A DNA stretch of 32,000 nt from Paramicrosporidium saccamoebae KSL3 (lineage: Eukaryota; Fungi; Cryptomycota): positions 13,440 through 45,439 of the forward strand of contig MTSL01000189.1 of NCBI GenBank assembly GCA_002794465.1, read 5' to 3'. Position 1 is the stretch's first letter. Each line of letters begins with the position of its first letter. Shown here piece after piece: positions 17,967-27,523 of this stretch. The notes under the pieces were generated by a model. That model did not search any database, was not told the DNA's origin, and was given only the letters and a program-made list of their open reading frames with translations. Both the position numbers and the translations under genes were made by a program.

Positions 17967-19805
17967 CTAAGATAGGGTGGAAAGATATGCCATGCATTTC
18001 TCAGCTCCAAAAAGACGGGCCAGGATGCCGAGCGTTGCATCGGGTCTAAAGCCAAACTTTACAGCTAGCTTGACAATCTCCACCCGATCTTTTATAACAG
18101 CCAACCTAACATACTCCCCATCCGACTTTACATGCCCCAAGTTGACAAGATATTCAATAATTTTCGTTGCGCCAAATTCGACAAAGGTGGCAACATGTTC
18201 AGCAACCCTGGTGAGACTCAGGGCACAATTTTTCTCAAAGTACTGCAGAACATCAAGATCATCATACCTAGCAACAAAGGGAATTCCGTGATCCAGAAAT
18301 GTCGCAGCCGTAAGTTCAGGCAAAACAAGATCTGGGTTCCGTGGCAGACTATGTAAATCCTTGAAGAAATCAACGTTCATCGAGGAGTAAATCTTGGTAA
18401 TACTTTTGTCAAATCTCGAGTCGAACCAAAAACGCATCCAAAGATCCTCGTCCCATCCCGGCCTCTTGTAAATGAACGCCATATAATCGTGGAATGCTCC
18501 CTGGTCTTGAAAGCTGGTCGATGGGAACGCTTGCATACATGTGGTAATGTTCGGCCACCCGGACTTGGAAACGTGACGGAGCAGGTCAGAGGGTGTTTTC
18601 TGGAGGTTCACATTTGTTTTGATCGCCTCTGCAAGACATATTATGTCTTTGCCAAGCTTCAATTCGAGTTTAAATATCCGGTCAAGGTCCCTGGGTTCGA
18701 GCCCTTTATACCGCCATTTATACGATTTGTCGCATTTCATCAATCTCTCTACGACTCTGCGAGTGTTGTCCATCTTTAGAGACTTCCACTTTTCACGCTC
18801 CACTATATAAGGATCGTTTTGCGGGTCAGTGTCTACAGTCGCGAGGCCTTCAGCGGTATCAACGTTTTCGTCGGTGCCAAGATGCTTGCTAGCCTCATGA
18901 TTTGTCGTCTCCAAAGCTCCATCAGTTGCAGCAACGGTAACATTCTCACTTTTGCTCATAATAGACTCTGCGGTAATTATTAAAGACACATTCCTACCCT
19001 GAAGAAAGCTAATGATGTTGGTCGCATTGTATTTAACCAGTAGGACATATCGTTTGCCAATGGCCGACAGGTCAAGCTGGTCAGCGAGATATTCCACCGT
19101 TCCCACCGCATCATTCCATGCCACTGTTCTAAAAAACTTCCAGAACAATCCCACATTGAGCACGGGCAAAGACGTTTGGTCTCTTCTTGGCAGTCCTTCA
19201 AGATGCTTGAATAAGAGTAGATTTCCACTGGCATAAAGTGCTTTTCTGTGTCTAGCAAACTTGGACTCTGACCAACGAGCATGCCAGAAATCACTGTCAT
19301 AATGCGCACTTTCAAAGGCATTGGCAAGGAAAGAGTGTGCATCATAAGCCACCGGCCATTTTGTTAGTGGAACGGTCAACAGACACTTTAACACGCCTTG
19401 ATAGCCACTGCGTAACGACTGAATGTGGATCCCATCGAGATCCAGTTTTCCAGCAGCACTGGAATGGAACATTTCGCAGGCACACTCAGCGTCCACACCT
19501 TCAATCACCGTGGCTTTGTGTATAGCTTTGTCCAAGTCAGCAAGCCCTAAACCAGTCCCCATATCGGCATAGTGTTTGCGATCAACACTGGAGCAACGTG
19601 CTTCTCGGTTCTTTTTAACAGCCCATGTCATCTCCTCCAGCTTTCTTTCCTCGGGAGTCTTGGGAGAGTTGGACGGTTGGCGTGTATCAGCCAGGGAAAT
19701 ATTGCCTAAAAGCCTTTGAAGCTCACTAACACTTGCCAATGTCACCCGGTAGAGGCATCCGAACAGTATTGTGCTCAGTAGAAGCGATAAAATATGCGAG
19801 TTCAT
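17967..19805 (-). CDS. Secreted family B protein B2, about 612 aa, two modules
   Basis: The track start is TTG; ATG19805 gives the signal peptide MNSHILSLLLSTILFGCLYRVTLA. It is a paralog of B1, B3 and B4. Confidence 0.9.
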   Translation of the reverse strand: MNSHILSLLLSTILFGCLYRVTLASVSELQRLLGNISLADTRQPSNSPKTPEERKLEEMTWAVKKNREARCSSVDRKHYADMGTGLGLADLDKAIHKATVIEGVDAECACEMFHSSAAGKLDLDGIHIQSLRSGYQGVLKCLLTVPLTKWPVAYDAHSFLANAFESAHYDSDFWHARWSESKFARHRKALYASGNLLLFKHLEGLPRRDQTSLPVLNVGLFWKFFRTVAWNDAVGTVEYLADQLDLSAIGKRYVLLVKYNATNIISFLQGRNVSLIITAESIMSKSENVTVAATDGALETTNHEASKHLGTDENVDTAEGLATVDTDPQNDPYIVEREKWKSLKMDNTRRVVERLMKCDKSYKWRYKGLEPRDLDRIFKLELKLGKDIICLAEAIKTNVNLQKTPSDLLRHVSKSGWPNITTCMQAFPSTSFQDQGAFHDYMAFIYKRPGWDEDLWMRFWFDSRFDKSITKIYSSMNVDFFKDLHSLPRNPDLVLPELTAATFLDHGIPFVARYDDLDVLQYFEKNCALSLTRVAEHVATFVEFGATKIIEYLVNLGHVKSDGEYVRLAVIKDRVEIVKLAVKFGFRPDATLGILARLFGAEKCMAYLSTLS

Positions 19806-19814
19806 AAACGGGAA

Positions 19815-19820
19815 CCCTGG
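19815..19820 (-). promoter_or_regulatory. CCAGGG start-proximal motif
   Basis: 9 nt upstream of ATG19805. Confidence 0.55.
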
Positions 19821-19977
19821 AGAGTCTTGTGGAGTAGTGTGCCTACAGACTAGGGCTATCAATAAAGGATGGTCTCCGCCTCACCCACCCTGAGAAGGGG
19901 TAAATTCACGTGTCACAAACCTCGTATGCCAAATTAACTATTTATTGATTGTGCTGGTGAGTACTCACCATTAAACT

Positions 19978-21828
19978 CTACTTGACAGGTTCAAAAAAGT
20001 CGGAAAACAACGCTTTACACTTTTCAGCTCCGAAATTCCGAGACGCAGAAATGATAGTGTCCATGTCTTCAAAGCCATAAACTAGAGCTATCTTGACAAT
20101 ATCCACCTGATCATGTATAATTGCCAAAAGCACTTGATTTAAACCCAACTTTACATGGTTCGACTTGACAAGATGCCAAATAATGCTACGTGCACCCTTG
20201 CGAATAAAAGTGTTCAAATACGCAGCAACCTGTGTGAGGTCCAATGCGTAGTTTTGTTCGAGGTACTGCAAAGTCTCGACCGCGTCACCTGCAGTAACTA
20301 CCTGCAGACCGTCATTAATGAATTGCTCAGTCTTATGTGCAGGCAGGACAATATCTGGGTTCTGTGGCAGTTGGTGTAGATCTTTGAGAAGATTAAGGCT
20401 GTCCTCCAAGTAAATCACACTTCTATGCTTGTCAAGTCTCGAGTCAAACCAAAGGCGCATCCAAAGTTCCTCGTCCCATCTGAGAGCCTTATAAAGAACT
20501 GCCATGTAAAGGTGTGCCAATCCTTGGTTTTGAAAGCTGGTTAATGGAAACGCCTGCATGCAAAAAGTAATATAGCTCAAGCCCGACTCGGTAGCGTAAC
20601 TAAGCAAATCAGAGGGTGTTTTCTGGAGATTCACATTTGTTTTGATCGCCTCTAAGAGACACAGTACGTCAGTGCCACGCTTTAGCAACACTCCAATCAC
20701 CTCTTCAAGTTGCTCGACTGCCAAGTATTTATACCGTATTTTATGAGATTCGTCGCATTTCTTCAATCTCTCGGCAATTCTGAGGCTATTACTCTCCTTT
20801 AAAGATTGCCACTCTTTACGCTTTACCGTGTAAAGATCCTCCTCCTCAGGTTGAGTTTCCTCTTTGATTTTTTGCGCGCCATTTGCTACGTGTTCGCTGG
20901 TGTCGAGATGTTTGTCAGCTTTATAATTTGCCGTCTCCCAAGCTTCATCATTAGCATCAGCACTGACATTCTCACTTTTGTTCATAATAGGCTCTGCGGT
21001 AATTATTAAAGGCACATTCCTACCCTGAAGAAAGTGAATGATGTTGGTCGCATTATATTTAACCAGTAGGGCATATCGTTTGCCAATGGCTGATAGATCG
21101 AGCTGGTCAGCGAGATATTCCACAGTTCCCACCGCATCATTCCATACCACTGTCGCAAAAAACTTCCAGAACGATTTCGCATTGAGTACAAGCAACGGCA
21201 TGCGACCTCTTGTTGGCAGTCCTTCTATATGCTTGAATAAGAGTAGATTTCCACTGGCATAAAGTGCTTTTCTGTGTCTAGCAAACTTGGACTCTAACCA
21301 ACGAGCATGCCAGAAATCACTGTCATAATGCGTACTCCCAAAGGCACTGGCAAGGAAAAAGTGTGCATCGTAGAGCATGGGCCATTTTTTCAGTGGAACG
21401 GTCAACAGACACTTTAACACGCCACGATAACCGTGGCCCACCGATTCCCAGTGGATTTCATCGGGACTCAATTTTCCGGCAGCACTGGAGTGGAGCATTT
21501 CGCAGGCACACTCAAAGTCCACGCCGTCAATCACTGTGGCTTCTTGTATAGCTCTTTCCAAGTCAGCAAGCCCTAAACCAGTCCCCATATCGGCATAGAG
21601 TTTGCGATCAACACTGGAGCAACGTGCTTCTCGGTTCTTTTTAACAGTCCATGTCATCTCCTCCAGCTTTTTTTCCTCAAAAGTCCCGGGAAATTTATGC
21701 TGTGGAGGTTGAGGAGCGGCACTCAATGAGAGCGTAAAGACCTTTTCTCTAATTTCATTGATATCCGATGATGCCACCAAATGCAGGGATCCAGACAACA
21801 GTACTCCTAATACAAAGGACGCGAGCAT
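19978..21828 (-). CDS. Secreted family B protein B3, about 616 aa, two modules
   Basis: The track start is TTG; ATG21828 gives the signal peptide MLASFVLGVLLSGSLHLVA. It is the closest paralog of B2. Confidence 0.9.
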   Translation of the reverse strand: MLASFVLGVLLSGSLHLVASSDINEIREKVFTLSLSAAPQPPQHKFPGTFEEKKLEEMTWTVKKNREARCSSVDRKLYADMGTGLGLADLERAIQEATVIDGVDFECACEMLHSSAAGKLSPDEIHWESVGHGYRGVLKCLLTVPLKKWPMLYDAHFFLASAFGSTHYDSDFWHARWLESKFARHRKALYASGNLLLFKHIEGLPTRGRMPLLVLNAKSFWKFFATVVWNDAVGTVEYLADQLDLSAIGKRYALLVKYNATNIIHFLQGRNVPLIITAEPIMNKSENVSADANDEAWETANYKADKHLDTSEHVANGAQKIKEETQPEEEDLYTVKRKEWQSLKESNSLRIAERLKKCDESHKIRYKYLAVEQLEEVIGVLLKRGTDVLCLLEAIKTNVNLQKTPSDLLSYATESGLSYITFCMQAFPLTSFQNQGLAHLYMAVLYKALRWDEELWMRLWFDSRLDKHRSVIYLEDSLNLLKDLHQLPQNPDIVLPAHKTEQFINDGLQVVTAGDAVETLQYLEQNYALDLTQVAAYLNTFIRKGARSIIWHLVKSNHVKLGLNQVLLAIIHDQVDIVKIALVYGFEDMDTIISASRNFGAEKCKALFSDFFEPVK

Positions 21829-21863
21829 ACAAGTTGTGAGGTTAGCTTGATACAAGAAAATGT

Positions 21864-21869
21864 CCCTGG
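21864..21869 (-). promoter_or_regulatory. CCAGGG start-proximal motif
   Basis: 35 nt upstream of ATG21828. Confidence 0.45.
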
Positions 21870-21921
21870 TCTAATTTTCTCCTCTACAAGCGGGGGTTGG
21901 TCAGTATGCAATCCAACAGAA

Positions 21922-21957
21922 ATTGATTAGCTGGTCTCATATACCCAGCTAATCAAT
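21922..21957. repeat. Perfect 13-bp inverted repeat with a 10-nt loop
   Basis: ATTGATTAGCTGG-tctcatatac-CCAGCTAATCAAT, between B4 and B3. Confidence 0.9.
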
Positions 21958-22135
21958 CCTCTTTATCTCATAACTGTGGCCATTGGCAACGTCGCAATCA
22001 TCTTCGACTAGGATACCTTAATTGATCACGGACGATTCCACACAAAGGCCTAATTTCTAACGCAGTACTAGGTCTACAATCACAACACATCCTGTTAGTA
22101 ATTCTAATACTCTATTGTTCTACTATGAGAGTGAC

Positions 22136-23389
22136 CTATTTTAATCTAACGGTGGGGTAGTGTGGCCGAACACGCTTGATAAAATCGACAACTTTTTGAT
22201 TTCCGTTAATTACCGCCTCAAGGTACGCCTCTACTGAGGGGGCCATATTAAGATGCTCGCATAAATTCTCCAGTAAGCCTAATCGGCCTTTCTTTGCAAT
22301 CGTGTCAATCTGCTCCTGAGTAGCTTCCCAGTCTAAGAGCTTAAAAAGGACAGATGGGAGGGGCCCACGGCTTTCACTAAACCAGTTGGCCAAAAAATCA
22401 GTGGCAGGGTCATTTTGAGTGCTCACAAGGAATTGGAAGCATCTGACGGAAGAGTGTTTTACAACCAATTCCAATTGCTCATCAACTGAGACCGAAACCG
22501 TGTCGAGTGCACATTTCAGATATTCCGTAGAATCTTGCTTGATTGCCTCCTCAATGTCCTTGAATGAAAAGGGAATTCCGTTGTCTTGCAGATACTGCAG
22601 GATTTCAAGGGAGCAGAAGGTCTGGAACAAGCCACGATGGGCATTCAAATGGGAAATTTTAAAGCCACGCTCTATAAAAAACTCTACCGTCTGCACGGCA
22701 TCGTGAATTGCAATAGTTTCCATGTGCTCGAGAGCGTACGGCAACTGCAGGGGAGGGATGTACTTTTTTGGGTTGCGGGGAATGTACTGCATTTCAGAGA
22801 GAAATTTTGGATTATTAGCAGCGCAAGCCGCTTCGCTGTACTTTTGAAAATCAGCCTGTTGCCAGAGTTTGAACCAATGGTCACGGTCGTACCAAGCGGA
22901 TTTGTAAGTCTCTGCCAAGTAGACATGCGCACGGAACATGTCCGGCCACTCTTGGAGCGGGAAGAGCTGTAAACAACCCAAAATATTCTTGTGCCCTCCA
23001 TCTTTGGCAATTAGATATCTCTTCAAATTGCTAGCCTTTGACAGCACGCTAGAGTCGATAAGATTGCAAGCAAAGGTTCGATCAACCTTAAAAGTCCCAA
23101 TAGCAGACGCCAGGTGATCCTCCAACTGAACAGCATCCAAGACTACGCTGCTATCAAGATTCTCAATAGCGCGAAACACCGTCATAGACCCCGTTATCGC
23201 CTCTTCCTTGGCGCGGCGGTCCAACCGGCGCTCGACAAGACGCTGTCGCTCCTCATAGGATATTTTTTCAGAAAGTTTGAGCTTCTCAAGTCCATTGGCA
23301 ATGTACTCTTCAGTACTCTTACCAAGTGGGACAAGGCGAGAAGCTGAAGCAACGAAAGAGACACAATAAATCAAGATGGCCGCCAGCAT
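22136..23389 (-). CDS. Secreted family B protein B4, 417 aa: one module plus a degenerate ankyrin-like C-terminus
   Basis: Signal peptide MLAAILIYCVSFVASA. CLQLFPLQEWP..AHVYLAETYKSAWYDRDHWFKLW and IPRNP match the B module. Confidence 0.88.
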   Translation of the reverse strand: MLAAILIYCVSFVASASRLVPLGKSTEEYIANGLEKLKLSEKISYEERQRLVERRLDRRAKEEAITGSMTVFRAIENLDSSVVLDAVQLEDHLASAIGTFKVDRTFACNLIDSSVLSKASNLKRYLIAKDGGHKNILGCLQLFPLQEWPDMFRAHVYLAETYKSAWYDRDHWFKLWQQADFQKYSEAACAANNPKFLSEMQYIPRNPKKYIPPLQLPYALEHMETIAIHDAVQTVEFFIERGFKISHLNAHRGLFQTFCSLEILQYLQDNGIPFSFKDIEEAIKQDSTEYLKCALDTVSVSVDEQLELVVKHSSVRCFQFLVSTQNDPATDFLANWFSESRGPLPSVLFKLLDWEATQEQIDTIAKKGRLGLLENLCEHLNMAPSVEAYLEAVINGNQKVVDFIKRVRPHYPTVRLK

Positions 23390-23405
23390 CCTAGAGCTGG
23401 CAAAT

Positions 23406-23411
23406 CCCTGG
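23406..23411 (-). promoter_or_regulatory. CCAGGG start-proximal motif
   Basis: 16 nt upstream of ATG23389. Confidence 0.55.
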
Positions 23412-23720
23412 CAACAAAAATTTTGAATAATTGAGCGATACGACCAGAGTAGCTGACAAGACTACATCAGCAAAGACAGTGATACGGCCATGTAAATACT
23501 GTAAAAGCTTGAGAGACGACAGAGGAGATGCACAAGATTTAGAGTAGCAAATCACTCCCGTTCTAACAATACTTTACTTACTCGGATAATGTTGCATCAT
23601 TAGAGTCGTGTGATTTAAACGTCAACAGCGTAGGGTCAGACTTCTCTACCAGCAATTGATGTTATAATTCTGTAAAAACCTTGAATTAACATTGGGCTAC
23701 TTGTTAAGGAAAGGGGTTGA

Positions 23721-23726
23721 CCGGGG
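23721..23726 (+). promoter_or_regulatory. GA-CCGGGG-T start-proximal motif
   Basis: 6 nt upstream of the NOP4 ATG. Confidence 0.55.
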
Positions 23727-23732
23727 TAGGAA

Positions 23733-25976
23733 ATGACTACTGACAGTGTAGCGGTGCCTACAGTTGCCTCGACAAAGAAACGTCGTGATGGCGGCACGCA
23801 CACCAAAACTACCATTTTCATTCCCAAACTTCCCTCTGGAGCCTCTGGAAAGGAGTTGGAAGAAATGTTCTCGGAATGGGGAGCGGTGAGAAGCGCCTTT
23901 ACGGTGAAAAAGGGCGACGGATGCATTGGATTTGTGCATTTTGCCCTCAGCGAGGATGCCAAACGGGCGCTGGAGACGGTCTCAAAGGGCGTCCCGTTCA
24001 AGGGAAAGACCATAGTGGGGGAGTTGGCCCTGCGAAAGAATGCTTCCAAAGATGAAAAACCGGCCCAGGACCCGGTCAAAGCGGTGCCCGTGAAAAAGTC
24101 GCCGGTGCTGTTGATGGAGATTTCCGAGGGAAAAGAGTCCTTTGACAAGAAGCAACTGTACAAAAAGGTGCGAAAGAGCGGCAACCTCAAGGAACTGATA
24201 TACCCTGTTGAGGGGAATATTCACTGCGCCAAGCTAGTCTTTACCAACAGCTTTGAGGCCGAAAAGGCACTTGCCAAGTTGGACCAACACACCTTCAAGG
24301 GGCGCAAATTTACTGTCACAGCCGCACCGGCTGAGGTCAAATCTACTTTAAAGATGCATCGTCTGATTGTCCGAAATTTGGCATTTTCAGCCAAAAAATC
24401 GACAGTTGAAGCTGCGTTTTCGCCCCACGGCACAGTGGTGGAGGTGACAATCCCAACAAAGCCGGGGAGCAAGATTATGCGTGGATTTGCCTTTGTGCAG
24501 ATGAATAGTAAGGAAGAGGCACAGATGGCGCTTGACAGTCTAAATGGGACCGAAATTGCAGGAAGAGTTGTTGCAGTTGACTGGGCCGTAGACAAGACTA
24601 CCTTTCAGAAACTGAATGTTGAATCTCCTGTCCTAAAAGAAGACGAGGAGGTGGACGTTGAAGATGAAGAAGTGGATATCGAGGATAAAGAGATGGATGT
24701 TGAGAATAGCGATGAAGAGGTGGATGTTGAGAATAGCGATGAGGAAGTTGACGTTGAGGAGGAGAGCGAGATGGTTGATAATCTGCCTGATAATCCACTC
24801 GAAATCCCATCACCGAATACAGATCTTGGAACGACAGTCTTTATTAGAAACGTTGCCTTTGTGACTGAAGAGGAGGATCTGGCTGCTGCATTGGAAGCGT
24901 TTGGTGCGCTCGAATATGTCAAAATTGTACGAGACAGTAACACTGGCGCCACTAAGGGCACAGCCTTTGCCAAGTTCAAGCAGAGCAGTGCAGCAAAGGC
25001 GGCCTGCGAAGCCTCGGAACAGATTTGTCAGACCCAGCTAGAAGCCCCGGTAGTTGATCCATCAGAACTGGAACAGTCACTAACCACAGTGAGCAGCAAA
25101 CTGGAACAGTTGGCCCGGAAACGAACTGGAAAGGATTTCAAGTCGATTGTCGAGACGGGTTCGGCCATCGTCACAGACGATCAATCAAAGGGGATTATAG
25201 TGGATGGACGAGCATTATCAGTGCTGCCTGCCATTGACCGAAAGACGGCCGTCCGTATGAAGAAGGAGGGCGGTTTCCTGGACTCGGGCCCACAAGATCG
25301 TCGCAATCTGTATCTCCTCAATGAGACCGCCTTGAAACCAAAAACAACCCTGGCCAAGCGATTCTGGCCGACCATTGATGTATCTTACCGAGAACAACTT
25401 CTCAAGGAGCGTCGGAAGGAGCTCAAAGACAATCACAACGTATTCGTCAGTCCAACTCGACTGTCGCTGCGACATTTGCCCACTTCTGTGGACGCAACAG
25501 ATGTGAAGCGCGTCTTGCGGACCGCCATTGAAAGGGCATTGGCTTTGGTAGAGGGCGATGAGGGCTATCCCATGATTGATGACAAACTGCTTCCCTCACT
25601 GCGACCGCATCTGAAACAGGTGAAAATTATCCGTGGTGAACGCGAACGTTCCAAGGGCTATGCCTTTGCCGAATTCTCCCATCCAGTGCATTCATTGCTG
25701 GTGGTGCGCTATCTTGCCAATTATGCGCCCGGTTTGTGGCGAGAGCTTTTGGACAAGTTCCAGGGCAGTCGACATCGGGAAGCCGTCTTCAGAGCAAAGG
25801 CGCCCGTTGTGGAATTTGCTACTGAGAAAATGTCCATAGTGAATAAGCGGGCCGAGGCTGGCAATATGAATGAGAGTGCAGTACAGAAATCAGTCGGCAC
25901 TACAAATCGTGGGGCAAGAAAGATGGCTAAACCTATAGACAAAGCATATAGACCCAAGCGATCAAAATTGCAATAA
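23733..25976 (+). CDS. NOP4: Nucleolar multi-RRM 60S biogenesis factor Nop4/RBM28
   Basis: RRMs with TIFIPKLP/GCIGFVHF, RLIVRNLAF/RGFAFVQM, TVFIRNVAF/KGTAFAKFK and SPTRLSLRHLP/SKGYAFAEF; an acidic linker; DRRNLYLLNE; PVVEFA. Confidence 0.92.
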   Translation: MTTDSVAVPTVASTKKRRDGGTHTKTTIFIPKLPSGASGKELEEMFSEWGAVRSAFTVKKGDGCIGFVHFALSEDAKRALETVSKGVPFKGKTIVGELALRKNASKDEKPAQDPVKAVPVKKSPVLLMEISEGKESFDKKQLYKKVRKSGNLKELIYPVEGNIHCAKLVFTNSFEAEKALAKLDQHTFKGRKFTVTAAPAEVKSTLKMHRLIVRNLAFSAKKSTVEAAFSPHGTVVEVTIPTKPGSKIMRGFAFVQMNSKEEAQMALDSLNGTEIAGRVVAVDWAVDKTTFQKLNVESPVLKEDEEVDVEDEEVDIEDKEMDVENSDEEVDVENSDEEVDVEEESEMVDNLPDNPLEIPSPNTDLGTTVFIRNVAFVTEEEDLAAALEAFGALEYVKIVRDSNTGATKGTAFAKFKQSSAAKAACEASEQICQTQLEAPVVDPSELEQSLTTVSSKLEQLARKRTGKDFKSIVETGSAIVTDDQSKGIIVDGRALSVLPAIDRKTAVRMKKEGGFLDSGPQDRRNLYLLNETALKPKTTLAKRFWPTIDVSYREQLLKERRKELKDNHNVFVSPTRLSLRHLPTSVDATDVKRVLRTAIERALALVEGDEGYPMIDDKLLPSLRPHLKQVKIIRGERERSKGYAFAEFSHPVHSLLVVRYLANYAPGLWRELLDKFQGSRHREAVFRAKAPVVEFATEKMSIVNKRAEAGNMNESAVQKSVGTTNRGARKMAKPIDKAYRPKRSKLQ
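24648..24764 (+). repeat. Acidic coding repeat EVDVE(NS)DE x5 (21/27-nt units) in the Nop4 linker
   Basis: TGGATGTTGAGAATAGCGATGA is duplicated at 24694 and 24721. Confidence 0.85.
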
Positions 25977-26116
25977 AAGAGTATTGGCAATACCACTGGG
26001 TGTATGATGTTAGAGATGGAGACAGTATCCACTTATGGTTGGTGATTCTATATTTCAGTTTTAGTTGGTACATTCGGTCTTGATAAAATACATTTATTGA
26101 CTCATCTTGACAGGGT

Positions 26117-27474
26117 TTACAACTCTTCCCTCTCTTCATTATCTCTCTCTTTATCATCCTGCTCTTCATCACCCTCACCATTCTCATCACCCTCACCGCC
26201 CTCACCACCCTTTGCACAGACAGCCGGAGTCTCAAACTTAATGGTATATTCACATATCGCCCGTTCGGATACAGAGACGATCCGGTTGAGGGGTCCGCAA
26301 AGCAATTTGATGGTGGAGGAGCGCAGCGGACCCTGCCAACAATGGGTGCCTCCCACATATTCCATTGCATCGTTGCGCCATCCACTCCATTTTCCCAATA
26401 CCAAGGTATGGCCGTCCACGTGGGAGGTGACATTGTGGAAGGGACAATGTTCGTAGCGATGTTTCCCGACAGTGTTGGAGAAGCAACGACCATATAATCC
26501 CATCAGCGCTGTCGTCTTGAAGATGACATTCTGTCGGACATTGAGCCGAATTTCCTCTTGTTCGTATTCTCGGATCCGTTGTCGGGTGGCGTCCACCACT
26601 GAATAAGGCTCGGTCGGAATGGCAGTTGCCGTGCTCTGTAGATATTTAGTAATGGTCGTTGTGGCAGTTTTGCGTAGACGATCAATGAAATTGCCCAGTC
26701 CATTCAGCCCCAATTGGCTTTTCTCTTTTTCGGCAATCGGATTCTCCACTGTCACTTCATATTCTTCATCCCCACCCACAGCATATTTTTCACAATAGTT
26801 ACGAAACTTTTCATTCAACTCTACCGGATCCAACAACATTTCCTCCAAGGCCGAGACTCGCTCCTGCAGTTCCCGCGTGTCGTAAACATCGCTTCCCTCC
26901 GTCTTCATCGTGTCTGCCTGTTTCAGCAATTCCCGTTCATAAGTCAAAAGCGTCTTTAGATGGGCAAGTCGAGTTTCGGTTGCTTCTTGCTGTCGTTGTG
27001 CCTCCTTTTCCAGTTTGCGCCTTTCCCCCAACGCTGTCGCCAACATGCGGTCATAGTTGTGACGTCTTGTTTCGTGGGATAATGCTTCAAGGGCGCAAGT
27101 GTTGGGACAGTGTCCAGTTGGCTCGTCAGACCCGTCGCAGCAGTCGCAATGTCCGTCATCCACCACCGTCTTTTTCACAAACTTTCCAACATGTCCGACA
27201 TTTGCACACCAAAACTCGCCCACCGAGCAGGCTGACGTGCCGGGTTCGTCATAGCCACTCAATGGACAGTCGCAGTAATTGTCATTCAGCTGCGTCTCGG
27301 TCAGCATCCGCGGCTGATCCGGTTCCGGACACTGCAGCAGTCGCGAGTATTTGGTCTCATCTAAGCGGTTATGCTGCACCGTAAAATACCATCGGGATGG
27401 ACGCCACGCAGCGTCTTGGCAGTTAGACACGACAGTATTGCACTAGCACTCGTCCAAATTAATGCCGAAACCAT
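26117..27474 (-). CDS. GTB1: Glucosidase II beta subunit (PRKCSH/Gtb1); complement(join(26117..27360,27390..27474))
   Basis: Exon 1 is MVSALIWTSASAILSCLTAKTLRGVHPD (signal peptide plus LRGV). It is followed by LNDNYCDC, DEPGTSAC, VVDDGHCDCCDGSDE and an MRH domain (YEHCPF, YVGGTHCWQGPLRS, CEY..KFETPAVC), and ends in REEL. Confidence 0.92.
27361..27389 (-). other. Spliceosomal intron, 29 nt, GT-AG
   Basis: The minus strand reads GTATTT...CATAAC...TTAG. It joins the signal-peptide exon to the main ORF in frame. Confidence 0.9.
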
Positions 27475-27517
27475 CTTTCCATATCAGGCCAGACGCATGA
27501 ATATACATCGCACTGGA

Positions 27518-27523
27518 CCGGGG
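27518..27523 (+). promoter_or_regulatory. GA-CCGGGG-T motif in the 57-nt divergent GTB1/UTP11 spacer
   Basis: 8 nt upstream of the UTP11 ATG; same 9-mer core as upstream of NOP4. Confidence 0.55.

Noticed and set aside
19955-19970. 16-bp perfect palindrome TGGTGAGTACTCACCA
   Set aside because: About 0.5 such palindromes are expected by chance in 32 kb, and it is not repeated at the other family spacers.
13520-27430. TTG/GTG starts given by the ORF track (13525, 15289, 17765, 19862, 21855, 27430)
   Set aside because: The genome is eukaryotic. Downstream ATGs (or an upstream exon for GTB1) give clean signal peptides and usually sit just after the CCRGGG motif.
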